Assembly: GCF_000981785.2 (NCBI RefSeq)
Contig: NZ_CP011304.1
Location: 1,410,001-1,442,000, forward strand
DNA length: 32,000 nt
From: Microcystis aeruginosa NIES-2549
GTDB lineage: Bacteria > Cyanobacteriota > Cyanobacteriia > Cyanobacteriales > Microcystaceae
Reading direction: 5' to 3'
A program made the position numbers and the translations under genes. Below the pieces are notes generated by a model. The model ran no database searches and had not been told where the DNA came from. It saw nothing but the letters and a program-made list of their open reading frames with translations. Positions within the stretch are counted from its first letter, which is position 1; every line of letters starts with the position of its first letter. Positions 23,501-29,603 of this stretch are shown here, one piece after another.

Positions 23501-26427
23501 CCCAAAGCGGCCAAAGCCTAGCGGTTTCCCTCTTCGACCCCGATAACCGGACCACGGCGCTGAAAACCGCCACCGCCAGCAACGGGCAAGCCAGCTTTAA
23601 CCTATCGGGATTAGCGGCCAATAAAGAATATCTATTACTGGTCAACAGTCCCACGACGACCGGCCAACCCATTCCCAACTACACCCTCGCCATTAACGCC
23701 CCCGGTGCTGTCCAAAACAGCAACGATTGGGCCAGGGGCAATAATACCGCCGCCAAAGCGGTCGATCTCGGCACTATCATTCAAAACAACTGGTTTACCG
23801 GCTTACAAGTCGATTCCACCACTCCCGATTGGTTTAAATTCAACCTGCCCAAGGTGAGTCAACTGGTTCCCCTATCCGTCACTGTTCACATTGCTGGCAA
23901 TGCTACCGCCACCGCCCAACTGTTTGACCCCAGTAACCTCAATACCCCCCTGGCTACCCAAACTGGCGCTGGTTCCCTGCAACTCACCACCCCGACTCCA
24001 GAACCCGGTAAGGTCTATCAACTTCGAGTTAGTCAACCCTCCGGCCAACTGGCGATCGCATACTCCATCGCCATTGAACCCGTCCTAGTGGCGTTGCCGA
24101 CAGGGACTACCCTAGCAATTTCTGCCACCAGTGCCAGTCAAACCGAGGGCAACAGTGGCAGCAAGGCCTTTACCTTCACCGTCACTCGTGCGGATAACAC
24201 CACCGGAAGCAATAACGTCAACTGGGCAGTTACCGGCACTGGCACTTTTCCCGCTAACGCTGCCGATTTTGTCGGAGGAGTGTTACCCAGTGGGGTAGTG
24301 AGTTTTGCCCCGGGAGAAACCAGTAAGGTAATTACTGTTGACGTTCAGGGAGATACAACGGTAGAACTGAACGAAAACTTTACCGTCACCCTCTCCAATG
24401 CCACCAACGGCGCTACCATTACCACTGCTACTGCCACTGGAGCCATTCAAAATGATGATACCAGTGTCACCCCAATCGAAGCTTTTGGTAACACCAAATT
24501 AGTCCAAGACACAACTAATAACCTCTACGCACAAATTGGCAATAATAACCCCATCGCCATCAAAAATGGTGCCACTCAGATTACCACAAATATCTACCCT
24601 GGTTGGCAAACTCTAGCAGCAGAAACCGTCAACGGAGTCAATCAAATTTTATGGAAATATAACGATGGTAATTATCTCCACTTGTGGAGTTTAGATAGTA
24701 ACTGGAATTGGCAATCTTCAAGCGGATGGTGGGGATTAAACTCAACTGAAGCTTTTACCCAAGAAACCAACTTCCAACAAGACTTTAACGGTGATGGAAT
24801 CATTGGTTCACCCTACACCACAATTGAAGCTTTTGGTAACACCAAATTAGTCCAAGACACAACTAACAAACTTTACACCCAAATTGGCAATAATAACCCC
24901 ACTGCTATTAAAAATGGAGGGACTCAGATTACCACAAATATCTACCCTGGTTGGCAAACTCTAGCAGCAGAAACCGTCAACGGAGTCAATCAAATTTTAT
25001 GGAAATATAACGATAGTAATCATCTCCACTTGTGGACTTTAGATAGTAACTGGAATTGGCAATCTTCCACCGGATGGTGGGGATTAAACTCCCCAGAAGC
25101 ATTCACCCAAGAAACCAACTTCCAACAAGACTTTAACGGTGATGGAATCATTGGTTCACCCTACACCCCAATCGAAACCTTTGGTAACACCAAATTAGTC
25201 CAAGACGCGACTAATAACCTCTATGCTCAAATTGGCGATAATAACCCCACTGCTATTAAAAATGGAGGGACTCAGATTACCACAAATATCTACCCTGGTT
25301 GGCAAACTCTAGCAGCAGAAACCGTCAACGGAGTCAATCAAATTTTATGGAAATATAACGATAGTAATCATCTCCACTTGTGGAGTTTAGATAGTAACTG
25401 GAATTGGCAATCTTCAAGCGGATGGTGGGGATTAAACTCATCGGAAGCTTTTACTCAAGAAACCAACTTTCAACAAGACTTTAACGGTGATGGAATCATT
25501 GGTTCACCCTACACCCCAATCGAAACCTTTGGTAACACCAAATTAGTCCAAGACGCGACTAATAACCTCTACGCACAAATTGGCAATAACAACCCCACTG
25601 CTATTAAAAATGGGGGGACTCAGATTACCACAAATATCTACCCTGGTTGGCAAACCTTAGCAGCAGAAACCGTCAACGGAGTCAATCAAATTTTATGGAA
25701 ATATAACGATAGTAATCATCTCCACTTGTGGACTTTAGATAGTAACTGGAATTGGCAATCTTCAAACGGATGGTGGGGATTAAACTCATCGGAAGCATTC
25801 ACCCAAGAAACCAACTTCCAACAAGACTTTAATGGTGATAATCAGATTGGTAATCCCTCCCTAGGTATTCTAGCGGTTTCTGCTAACGTCCCAGAACCGA
25901 TTATCGGGTCATCAAACGATGATATTCTCACCGGTACTCTGGACAATGATATTCTAGTTGGTGACTTAGGTAACGATAGCCTCAATGGTGCTGCTGGAAT
26001 CGATACTTTAACCGGTGGGGTGGGGACAGACATCTTCATCTTCCAGTTTAGTCAGTCCACCTCGACAGCCCTAGACCGAGTTACGGATTTTGCTATTGGT
26101 ACTGATAAAATTGACCTGCTTAGTCAATCTGGTGCGGCAATTAATGCCCCGGTCGCTTTTACCCGGGCAACAGATAGTACCACGACCAATATTAACACCA
26201 TGGTTACTAACGTCTTTACCGATGCTAATGGGGCAACAGCCGGAAATCAAGCTCTCGGAATTAACAGTGCTGTTTTAGTGCGGGACAATAGTTCTTCTAC
26301 TTACCTAATTATCAACGACGGTACGGCGGGTTTCCAAAGTGCTAATGATTTGGTGATTAATCTCACCGGGTTAACGGGTACTTTACCGGCGCTCGGCACT
26401 ATTGCGGTCAATAGTTTCTTTGTCTAA
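17515..26427 (+). CDS. 3' portion (2970 codons) of the giant modular exoprotein: 11 PPC, C11 peptidase, 2 PPC, Calx-beta, 4 Trp-rich repeats, RTX, bluetail-like C-terminus
   Basis: A single open frame in the same phase as 14767... Native coding resumes at 17527, right after the IS. The TTG 'start' at 17515 lies inside the IS inverted repeat. Domain calls are listed in the sub-features. Confidence 0.85.
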   Translation: MERSNNFGTTPTSLGTVAGFKRENDLSIHTPTDQDWFSFTITGQTNNNHYIAIDFNNTQGNLDLALYDNQGRLITYEANNTDGEYISLWGLPQGTYRAAVYSWLGQTNEYDLIINAPGTTSGIQSDSFESNNTRSAAKALKNFGWSSESGYKEWNNLSIHTASDEDWFSFDLKQTGVEGHFVGIALDNIQGDLDIELYNSAGNKIGESKGTRNFESISLAGRGTGTYFVRVLGFNSAVNPNYSLVVNTPGDDIFEANNTRAVAKDLSNLRTSPLKTWQNLSITAGDNDWFKFNLPSRGTANDFVSVTFDHSLGDVDLELYNSSGTRILSSAGTSNSERISLEGQTSGDYFVRVLGYNNATNPNYDLTISAPLANGADSFESNNSFSTAYNLNNQIAPSQQGRQVVTLGTDPEEFLSIHNGSDVDWFKFTIAGAGQQGHYAAISFDHTLGDLDLQLYNSSNTLLKTSEGVANAHSVDLKGLSAGTYYLRVYGHNGEVNPSYTLTVDAPFAGVTADWGEGSDNNNAISRATNLGKLDRQFNRDNLSITANDTDWFRFEIDAKGGVSDAAGITFNHQQGDLDIELYASDGTTLLDSSQGVGNTESISLNGRNAEVYFLKVYGYGGATNSEYSVAISAPVNAAGDWADRLAANNTAATARDLRTVQGLQTWEPFSIHTATDVDWFKFTTLATASATDYLQIDFDHTLGDLELELYAANGTTLLGKSETTNNFERLNLVNTSNQPLGAGTYLVKVTGYNGAINPSYQLSLNAPDPSVSKADWAEANNTRATATDLQTIDGSRLFSGLSIHQGGDEDWFKFTTIGTGLAGQEVSIAFDHQLGNLQLQLYREGQSTPVLTSDTQGDRESVSLAGLAAGTYVVRVYGATGSVTNPEYSLSINAPQTPEADWLDKRSQPNNTLTLAYDLRNIDGSVALSGLSIHTTTDEDWFKVQVKQRTAANQFVNLDFNHQEGDLRLELFNASGTKLRESNTDKNSEQVSLANLDPGAYYVKVSGAVNPNYSLTVQGIPDLVADALEGATNGPKDAYQLRDLAVSGGKNLFPTPTYTYTSPYTGRTQTFYSEAAWTAAMITDRDYHEGLSRNQKRVEQRRTSSVQASPQSSRTPQQSSSPRTVTLSRDEVGILVQLASRTNNPRASILRWLNIESLNQIKIKSLGQNLTSIPDLSIDTATDQDWFRFTLSGQGQDGQYVGLNFDNSLGNLQLELFEVFNTDTNTTESQYRTFLVDRTGGNSGNQQINLAGLAKGDYLVRVSGVNGATNPNYNVVFNAPPVLDTAGDWTEATTDNTASKPYDLKTVEGVTSLSALSIHTASDRDWFQFKTTSVGKAGHNLRIDFNHALGDLDLVLYNQDGTTVQGRSETTENYEEISLDGLAAGTYQVQVLGYQNATNPNYTLTLSAPNGTQTPILSDYLETNNSAATATDLDRISNLRSIPGLTIHQGDNDWFKFTTTQTSTAANFLSVEFEHAQGDLQLELYRASNLTTPYKTANLSSATNNRETLSLAGEIAGTYYARVIGNSNATNNYQFYIDAPTNAANTKNEWTIFVYMTGSDLAESAFNDINEMELAAASLPSNVKIAVFWDQTANRPYATANQTAWGTAGWAILQPDTDLERVATPFTLLDEKNSGDPATLTEFINLAKSAAPANNYGLILWNHGNGELGGFNVDNEGTSANTGADRLYSTELDTALQNVKNADPSFSLKLLAFDACLMAMAEVAYMVRNHAEIFVASQEAAEDTGYDYTTAFAALINNPGEVKAIDLANSLIASYQQQHQGDRRGWDTLSATSTSALNTLVTSVKTFTDAAVALTSNATWDAIKDARDFANSFYPAPYYRDLGQFLQAVATSANSNLPANLKTAANNALTALRNLVVDKTADQRNVQGLSVYFPDSGAIDAGYLGRNSQFLNATGWTNFLNAFTTRGSSTRNPLLQDWAEGNDVAARAFNLNTLTGSGHRFTNLSLPNAADQDYYRFNLSQAGATSNTLTVSFTPQSGQSLAVSLFDPDNRTTALKTATASNGQASFNLSGLAANKEYLLLVNSPTTTGQPIPNYTLAINAPGAVQNSNDWARGNNTAAKAVDLGTIIQNNWFTGLQVDSTTPDWFKFNLPKVSQLVPLSVTVHIAGNATATAQLFDPSNLNTPLATQTGAGSLQLTTPTPEPGKVYQLRVSQPSGQLAIAYSIAIEPVLVALPTGTTLAISATSASQTEGNSGSKAFTFTVTRADNTTGSNNVNWAVTGTGTFPANAADFVGGVLPSGVVSFAPGETSKVITVDVQGDTTVELNENFTVTLSNATNGATITTATATGAIQNDDTSVTPIEAFGNTKLVQDTTNNLYAQIGNNNPIAIKNGATQITTNIYPGWQTLAAETVNGVNQILWKYNDGNYLHLWSLDSNWNWQSSSGWWGLNSTEAFTQETNFQQDFNGDGIIGSPYTTIEAFGNTKLVQDTTNKLYTQIGNNNPTAIKNGGTQITTNIYPGWQTLAAETVNGVNQILWKYNDSNHLHLWTLDSNWNWQSSTGWWGLNSPEAFTQETNFQQDFNGDGIIGSPYTPIETFGNTKLVQDATNNLYAQIGDNNPTAIKNGGTQITTNIYPGWQTLAAETVNGVNQILWKYNDSNHLHLWSLDSNWNWQSSSGWWGLNSSEAFTQETNFQQDFNGDGIIGSPYTPIETFGNTKLVQDATNNLYAQIGNNNPTAIKNGGTQITTNIYPGWQTLAAETVNGVNQILWKYNDSNHLHLWTLDSNWNWQSSNGWWGLNSSEAFTQETNFQQDFNGDNQIGNPSLGILAVSANVPEPIIGSSNDDILTGTLDNDILVGDLGNDSLNGAAGIDTLTGGVGTDIFIFQFSQSTSTALDRVTDFAIGTDKIDLLSQSGAAINAPVAFTRATDSTTTNINTMVTNVFTDANGATAGNQALGINSAVLVRDNSSSTYLIINDGTAGFQSANDLVINLTGLTGTLPALGTIAVNSFFV
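17527..22150 (+). other. array of 11 pre-peptidase C-terminal (PPC, PF04151-like) domains, period about 125-135 aa
   Basis: Each unit repeats the pattern E.NN....A..L ... LSIH...D.DWF.F ... GDLD(L/I)ELY ... GTY.V.V.GY....NP.Y.L....P. I counted 11 D-W-F motifs before the protease domain. Confidence 0.75.
22159..23210 (+). other. clostripain-like cysteine peptidase domain (MEROPS family C11)
   Basis: EWTIFVYMTGSDL start. Catalytic His context LILWNHGNG (His codon 22504..22506) and Cys context LLAFDACLMAMAEV (Cys codon 22663..22665) match the C11 His/Cys dyad motifs. Confidence 0.8.
23320..24085 (+). other. two further divergent PPC-like domains
   Basis: ADQDYYRFNLSQ...NYTLAINAP and TTPDWFKFNLPK...AYSIAIEP. 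Confidence 0.6.
24112..24459 (+). other. Calx-beta domain
   Basis: SASQTEGNSGSKAFTFTVTRAD...ADF....VSFAPGETSKVITVDVQGDTTVELNENFTVTLSNATNGATI...IQNDD. Confidence 0.75.
24475..25866 (+). repeat. four tandem 348-bp (116-aa) near-identical repeats encoding a Trp-rich module ending in DFNGDGIIG
   Basis: Unit starts ATCGAA/ATTGAA at 24475, 24823, 25171 and 25519 (exact 348-bp period). The units differ by only a few substitutions. They may correspond to the Trp-rich Synechocystis C-terminal domain (W_rich_C), a call made from memory. Confidence 0.9.
25906..26040 (+). other. five RTX (hemolysin-type Ca2+-binding) nonapeptide repeats
   Basis: GSSNDDILT GTLDNDILV GDLGNDSLN GAAGIDTLT GGVGTDIFI. Confidence 0.8.
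26041..26424 (+). other. C-terminal bluetail-like domain (cyanobacterial C-terminal domain that follows RTX repeats)
   Basis: DRVTDFAIGTDKIDL...STYLIINDGTAGFQSANDLVINLTGLTG...FFV*. The family name is recalled, not searched. Confidence 0.5.
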
Positions 26428-26435
26428 ATTGATGG

Positions 26436-26456
26436 GGGGATTAATTCTCCCCTTTT
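26436..26456 (+). terminator. weak rho-independent terminator candidate after the giant gene
   Basis: GGGGA (26436..26440), a 7-nt loop, then TCCCC (26448..26452) followed by TTTT (26453..26456), starting 9 bp after the stop codon. The stem is short. Confidence 0.35.
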
Positions 26457-26492
26457 AATTGTCTTTGATGATGAAAGTGAGGTAATCGTGCA

Positions 26493-26831
26493 ATGGATAC
26501 CCGATTAAAATATCAAGGTATTATTAAGACTGTTCTCCAGAATCATGCTAACTATCGTACTACTTTACCTGATGGCTACACTTCTCAGGTTATATTTGAT
26601 GATGAACGAGGACATTATCTAGTTTTAGATTTCGGTTGGAGTGGTAATAAGTATCTCCATGCAACGCCAATTCACCTTAGCTTGGTTGTCGATAAAGTCT
26701 GGATTCAATGTGATGAAACGGAGGAAGGTATAGCTACTGATTTGATGGAGGCAGGTATTTCCAAAGAAGATATAGTCCTGGGTTTTCGTTATCCTAAAGT
26801 ACGCAAATATACGCGATTTGCTGTGGCTTAG
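26493..26831 (+). CDS. xisI: XisI-family protein (fdxN-element excision controlling factor family)
   Basis: 112 aa. DDERGHYLVLDFGWSG...IHLSLVVDKVWIQCDETEEGIATDLMEAGISKEDIVLGFRYP is the canonical XisI pattern. No xisH partner is adjacent. Confidence 0.85.
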   Translation: MDTRLKYQGIIKTVLQNHANYRTTLPDGYTSQVIFDDERGHYLVLDFGWSGNKYLHATPIHLSLVVDKVWIQCDETEEGIATDLMEAGISKEDIVLGFRYPKVRKYTRFAVA

Positions 26832-26880
26832 TGACCAAAAATGTTGAATCTATACATAAAACTTTATACACAAGCTTAAA

Positions 26881-26914
26881 TTACAAAAGTGTTTTATACA
26901 AACTCAATTATAAA
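26881..26914. repeat. right copy of the 34-bp direct repeat (TTACAAAAGTGTTTTATACAAACTCAATTATAAA)
   Basis: 32 of 34 positions identical to 7831..7864, same orientation, 19,050 bp apart. Confidence 0.8.
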
Positions 26915-26956
26915 CAAAGTAATGCAATTGATAATTTAATTGACATTATCGTACTT

Positions 26957-27736
26957 TTAACCCTGAAATATATGATAGCGATGATAGTTTAAAAAATCCA
27001 AATCTGGTGAAAAGCGAGCGGGAACATTTAAAGTTTTACCGCGATAGTTGATAAAATTTAGTGCTAACGTCTCGCTACCTTGATCCTGAGCCTTTTTTTC
27101 GATCTCATGGCCAATAATTAATCTTAAATCCTCATCGAAACTAATTAAACCTCGATCGAAAGCAGTATCATGAGTACGAGCTAGGCACAGGCCATTATGA
27201 GGGTTTAAACGCTGTTCGGGAAATTGACTCCAGGGTAATATATGACTAGCTGTTAGTAACAGAGGAATGGGATTTCCTGTAATACAGCAACGATAGTTAT
27301 ATAGGGCTAAAATTGTCTTTCTAAAAAAGTTTTGTCCGATTCTAACTTTTCTGATTGCCTCGTTTTCTGTTTTGATATTTTCCGAAAAATCAAGTCTAGT
27401 AAAATCCTCTTGCTGTTCGTTGATAACTCCTAAAAGAACTTGTAATTTTTCCTCACTTTCTAGGGCTAATTCTGTCCAGTTATCCTCGAACTCCTGCCAG
27501 ATTTGTCGATCAGCTTTACTGATACCTTTTAACCCCTGTACTCCTCGCAATTGATGCCTGGGATCGAGAGAACCAAAATTACATAATTTCATCACCAGGG
27601 CCGATGGTGTTCGCTGTAACTTTTGAGCGACTTCGATAATAACAGGATTATTGGTGTGGAATTGTCCATAGGGAAATTTATAGTATAAATTGAGAGCGAT
27701 CAGCAGCTCATCCCTTGTCCATAAATTCTTAGTCAT
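26957..27736 (-). CDS. HNH endonuclease (COG3183-like predicted restriction endonuclease)
   Basis: 259 aa. The C-terminal region reads CCITGNPIPLLLTASHILPWSQFPEQRLNPHNGLCLARTHDTAFDRGLISFDEDL (HNH_2-type). The N-terminal W.RDELLIALNLYYK module is typical of this group. Confidence 0.75.
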   Translation of the reverse strand: MTKNLWTRDELLIALNLYYKFPYGQFHTNNPVIIEVAQKLQRTPSALVMKLCNFGSLDPRHQLRGVQGLKGISKADRQIWQEFEDNWTELALESEEKLQVLLGVINEQQEDFTRLDFSENIKTENEAIRKVRIGQNFFRKTILALYNYRCCITGNPIPLLLTASHILPWSQFPEQRLNPHNGLCLARTHDTAFDRGLISFDEDLRLIIGHEIEKKAQDQGSETLALNFINYRGKTLNVPARFSPDLDFLNYHRYHIFQG

Positions 27737-27776
27737 AACCCCTAAAAAATACCACCATCAGCCCTCAAATTACTGC

Positions 27777-28862
27777 TCAAATCAAATCGGGAAAAACTTC
27801 GCGCACTGCTGGATGAATTAAGCGATGATTGGCGACATTTAACCCCTTAGCGAGGGAAACATCTTGATCCAAGGCTTTTAACCCATGGTCGGCTAATTTA
27901 ATAACGTAGGGTAGGGTACTATTATTTAAAGCTTGGGTTGCCGTCCAGGGTACTGCTCCAGGCATATTAGGCACTCCATAATGTACTACTCCCGACTCCA
28001 AGTAAGTCGGTTGACTGTGGGAAGTGGCCCGCAGGGTTTCCACGCAGCCGCCTTGGTCCACTGCCACATCGACAATTACAGAACCAGGGTTCATTTTGGC
28101 GACTAAAGAGCGATAAACCAGCGTCGGCGCTCGTTTTCCTAAGACTAGCACTGCCCCAATCAATAAATCGGCCCTAGGAACCACATTTTCTAATTGTGCC
28201 GAGCTGCTATAAAGCAATTCTACCCGCGAACCGAATAAAGTCTCTAAATAGGCCAAGCGCTCGACGTTAATATCTAAAATAGTTACTTTTGCCCCCATAC
28301 CGATGGCAATTCTGGCCGCTTCCGTACCCACCACACCACCGCCAAGGATAACCACTTGTCCAGGACTCACCCCGGGGAAACCCCCCAGTAAAACTCCCCT
28401 ACCTCCCTGTTGTTTTTCCAGATAGCGGGCCCCAAATTGCACCGAAAGACGACCGGCAATAACACTCATGGGAGTTAAGAGAGGCAAACGACCATCGGCA
28501 AGCTCGACCGTTTCATAGGCGATCGCAGTTGTTCCCGACTCGATTAATGCTTCCGTTAAATAGCGCTCGGCCGCTAGGTGTAAATAGGTGAATAGGAGAG
28601 CTTCCTTGTTTAAAAAGCCGTATTCTGCCTTAAGCGGCTCTTTTACCTTGACAACTAGCGGTTTATCCCAAACTTGGGCCGCTTTTTCCACAATTTTGGC
28701 CCCAGCTTTTTGGTAATCCTCATCGCTGAATCCAGCACCCAATCCGGCGGCCGTTTCCACAAATACCCTGTGACCGCGATCATTGAGTACACGCACACTA
28801 CTAGGACTTAAACCGACGCGAAACTCTTGATCTTTAATCTCTTTGGGAACACCTATTTCCAT
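27777..28862 (-). CDS. ald: alanine dehydrogenase
   Basis: 361 aa. MEIGVPKEIKDQEFRVGLSPSSV start, NAD fold VVILGGGVVGTEAARIA and VDVAVDQGGC are typical of Ald. Confidence 0.9.
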   Translation of the reverse strand: MEIGVPKEIKDQEFRVGLSPSSVRVLNDRGHRVFVETAAGLGAGFSDEDYQKAGAKIVEKAAQVWDKPLVVKVKEPLKAEYGFLNKEALLFTYLHLAAERYLTEALIESGTTAIAYETVELADGRLPLLTPMSVIAGRLSVQFGARYLEKQQGGRGVLLGGFPGVSPGQVVILGGGVVGTEAARIAIGMGAKVTILDINVERLAYLETLFGSRVELLYSSSAQLENVVPRADLLIGAVLVLGKRAPTLVYRSLVAKMNPGSVIVDVAVDQGGCVETLRATSHSQPTYLESGVVHYGVPNMPGAVPWTATQALNNSTLPYVIKLADHGLKALDQDVSLAKGLNVANHRLIHPAVREVFPDLI

Positions 28863-28945
28863 AGTTTGCTTCTGGGGGACTATTTCTAACTACTTTAGCC
28901 TGTTAGTCCTAGTCTGCCAGTTATCAGGCATACTATTGGGGAATT

Positions 28946-29248
28946 TTAGCAACTTTTTTGGTATTCTTCCAGCAAATCGATTAAATCTATCTGACATTTG
29001 CTGGGTAACAAATCCGCTAGAGAAACTTGCAGATGACCACCTCCGAGGGTGACTTTTATCTCACGCAGGATAGACATGACTGCATTCTCGCTTAAGCTGT
29101 CGTTTTCGAGTAAAGGGAAGACTTTTTCGGCAACGACGCTGTGTAAATGGGCCTCCCGGAGATAGAGATGCCATTTAGCCACGTCAATGTAGATATTGTC
29201 GCCGATTTGGGCCGCCAGATTTTCGATGTCCTGAGTTGTGTTAGCCAT
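28946..29248 (-). CDS. conserved cyanobacterial hypothetical protein (DUF3181-like)
   Basis: 100 aa. IENLAAQIGDNIYIDVAKWHLYLREAHLH resembles DUF3181 proteins (recollection only). 8-bp overlap with the upstream 2TM gene suggests an operon. Confidence 0.5.
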   Translation of the reverse strand: MANTTQDIENLAAQIGDNIYIDVAKWHLYLREAHLHSVVAEKVFPLLENDSLSENAVMSILREIKVTLGGGHLQVSLADLLPSKCQIDLIDLLEEYQKSC

Positions 29249-29495
29249 GGGATGTTACCGAGTAGTTAGCGATCGCCGCTATATAAATCAAATGTCCCAC
29301 CAATAGGATAGCCCAAATTCCCGTGAACAGATTTAACCAAGTCCAATCGGAGAATTTAATGATATGAAAGAACCACAACCCTGAATTAATCGCTAAAAAA
29401 CCCGCCACATGAACGGCGAAATTCATGCGATCATCTAAACGTCGGAAAGCGGGATCGTTTTTGCGGTCGGGTTGACGGGGCCAACGGGGAGGCAT
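29241..29495 (-). CDS. 2TM-domain small membrane protein
   Basis: 84 aa with two predicted hydrophobic helices (FAVHVAGFLAINSGLWFFHI; LNLFTGIWAILLVGHLIYIAAI) after a basic N-terminus. Confidence 0.55.
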   Translation of the reverse strand: MPPRWPRQPDRKNDPAFRRLDDRMNFAVHVAGFLAINSGLWFFHIIKFSDWTWLNLFTGIWAILLVGHLIYIAAIANYSVTSHG

Positions 29496-29603
29496 AAGCA
29501 GTGATCATTTATCAATTATCAGTTATCAGTGTACCGTTTTTTTTAGCTAAGTTAAGTTGCCAGAGTGCCTATCCTCACCAAGAAGTTAATTTTGTCCTAT
29601 TAC

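Noticed and set aside
21364-23678. A cluster of long minus-strand and off-frame ORFs (21364-21942, 21961-22359, 22402-22608, 22666-22857, 23223-23420, 23439-23678, and + strand 22193-22375) with G/V/E-rich low-complexity translations
   Set aside because: They lie entirely inside the giant + strand ORF, in the block where its codons are overwhelmingly NNC. The complementary strand is therefore depleted of stop codons. The translations show no domain signatures.
17527-25866. Possible diversity-generating retroelement or cassette system acting on the repeated PPC or Trp-rich modules
   Set aside because: No reverse transcriptase gene is present, and there is no template/variable repeat pair with adenine-specific differences. 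Differences between the 348-bp units are scattered ordinary substitutions.
25906-26427. Type I secretion operon expected next to an RTX/bluetail protein
   Set aside because: No ABC transporter, membrane fusion protein or TolC-like gene occurs anywhere in the window, so no secretion-system feature can be reported here.
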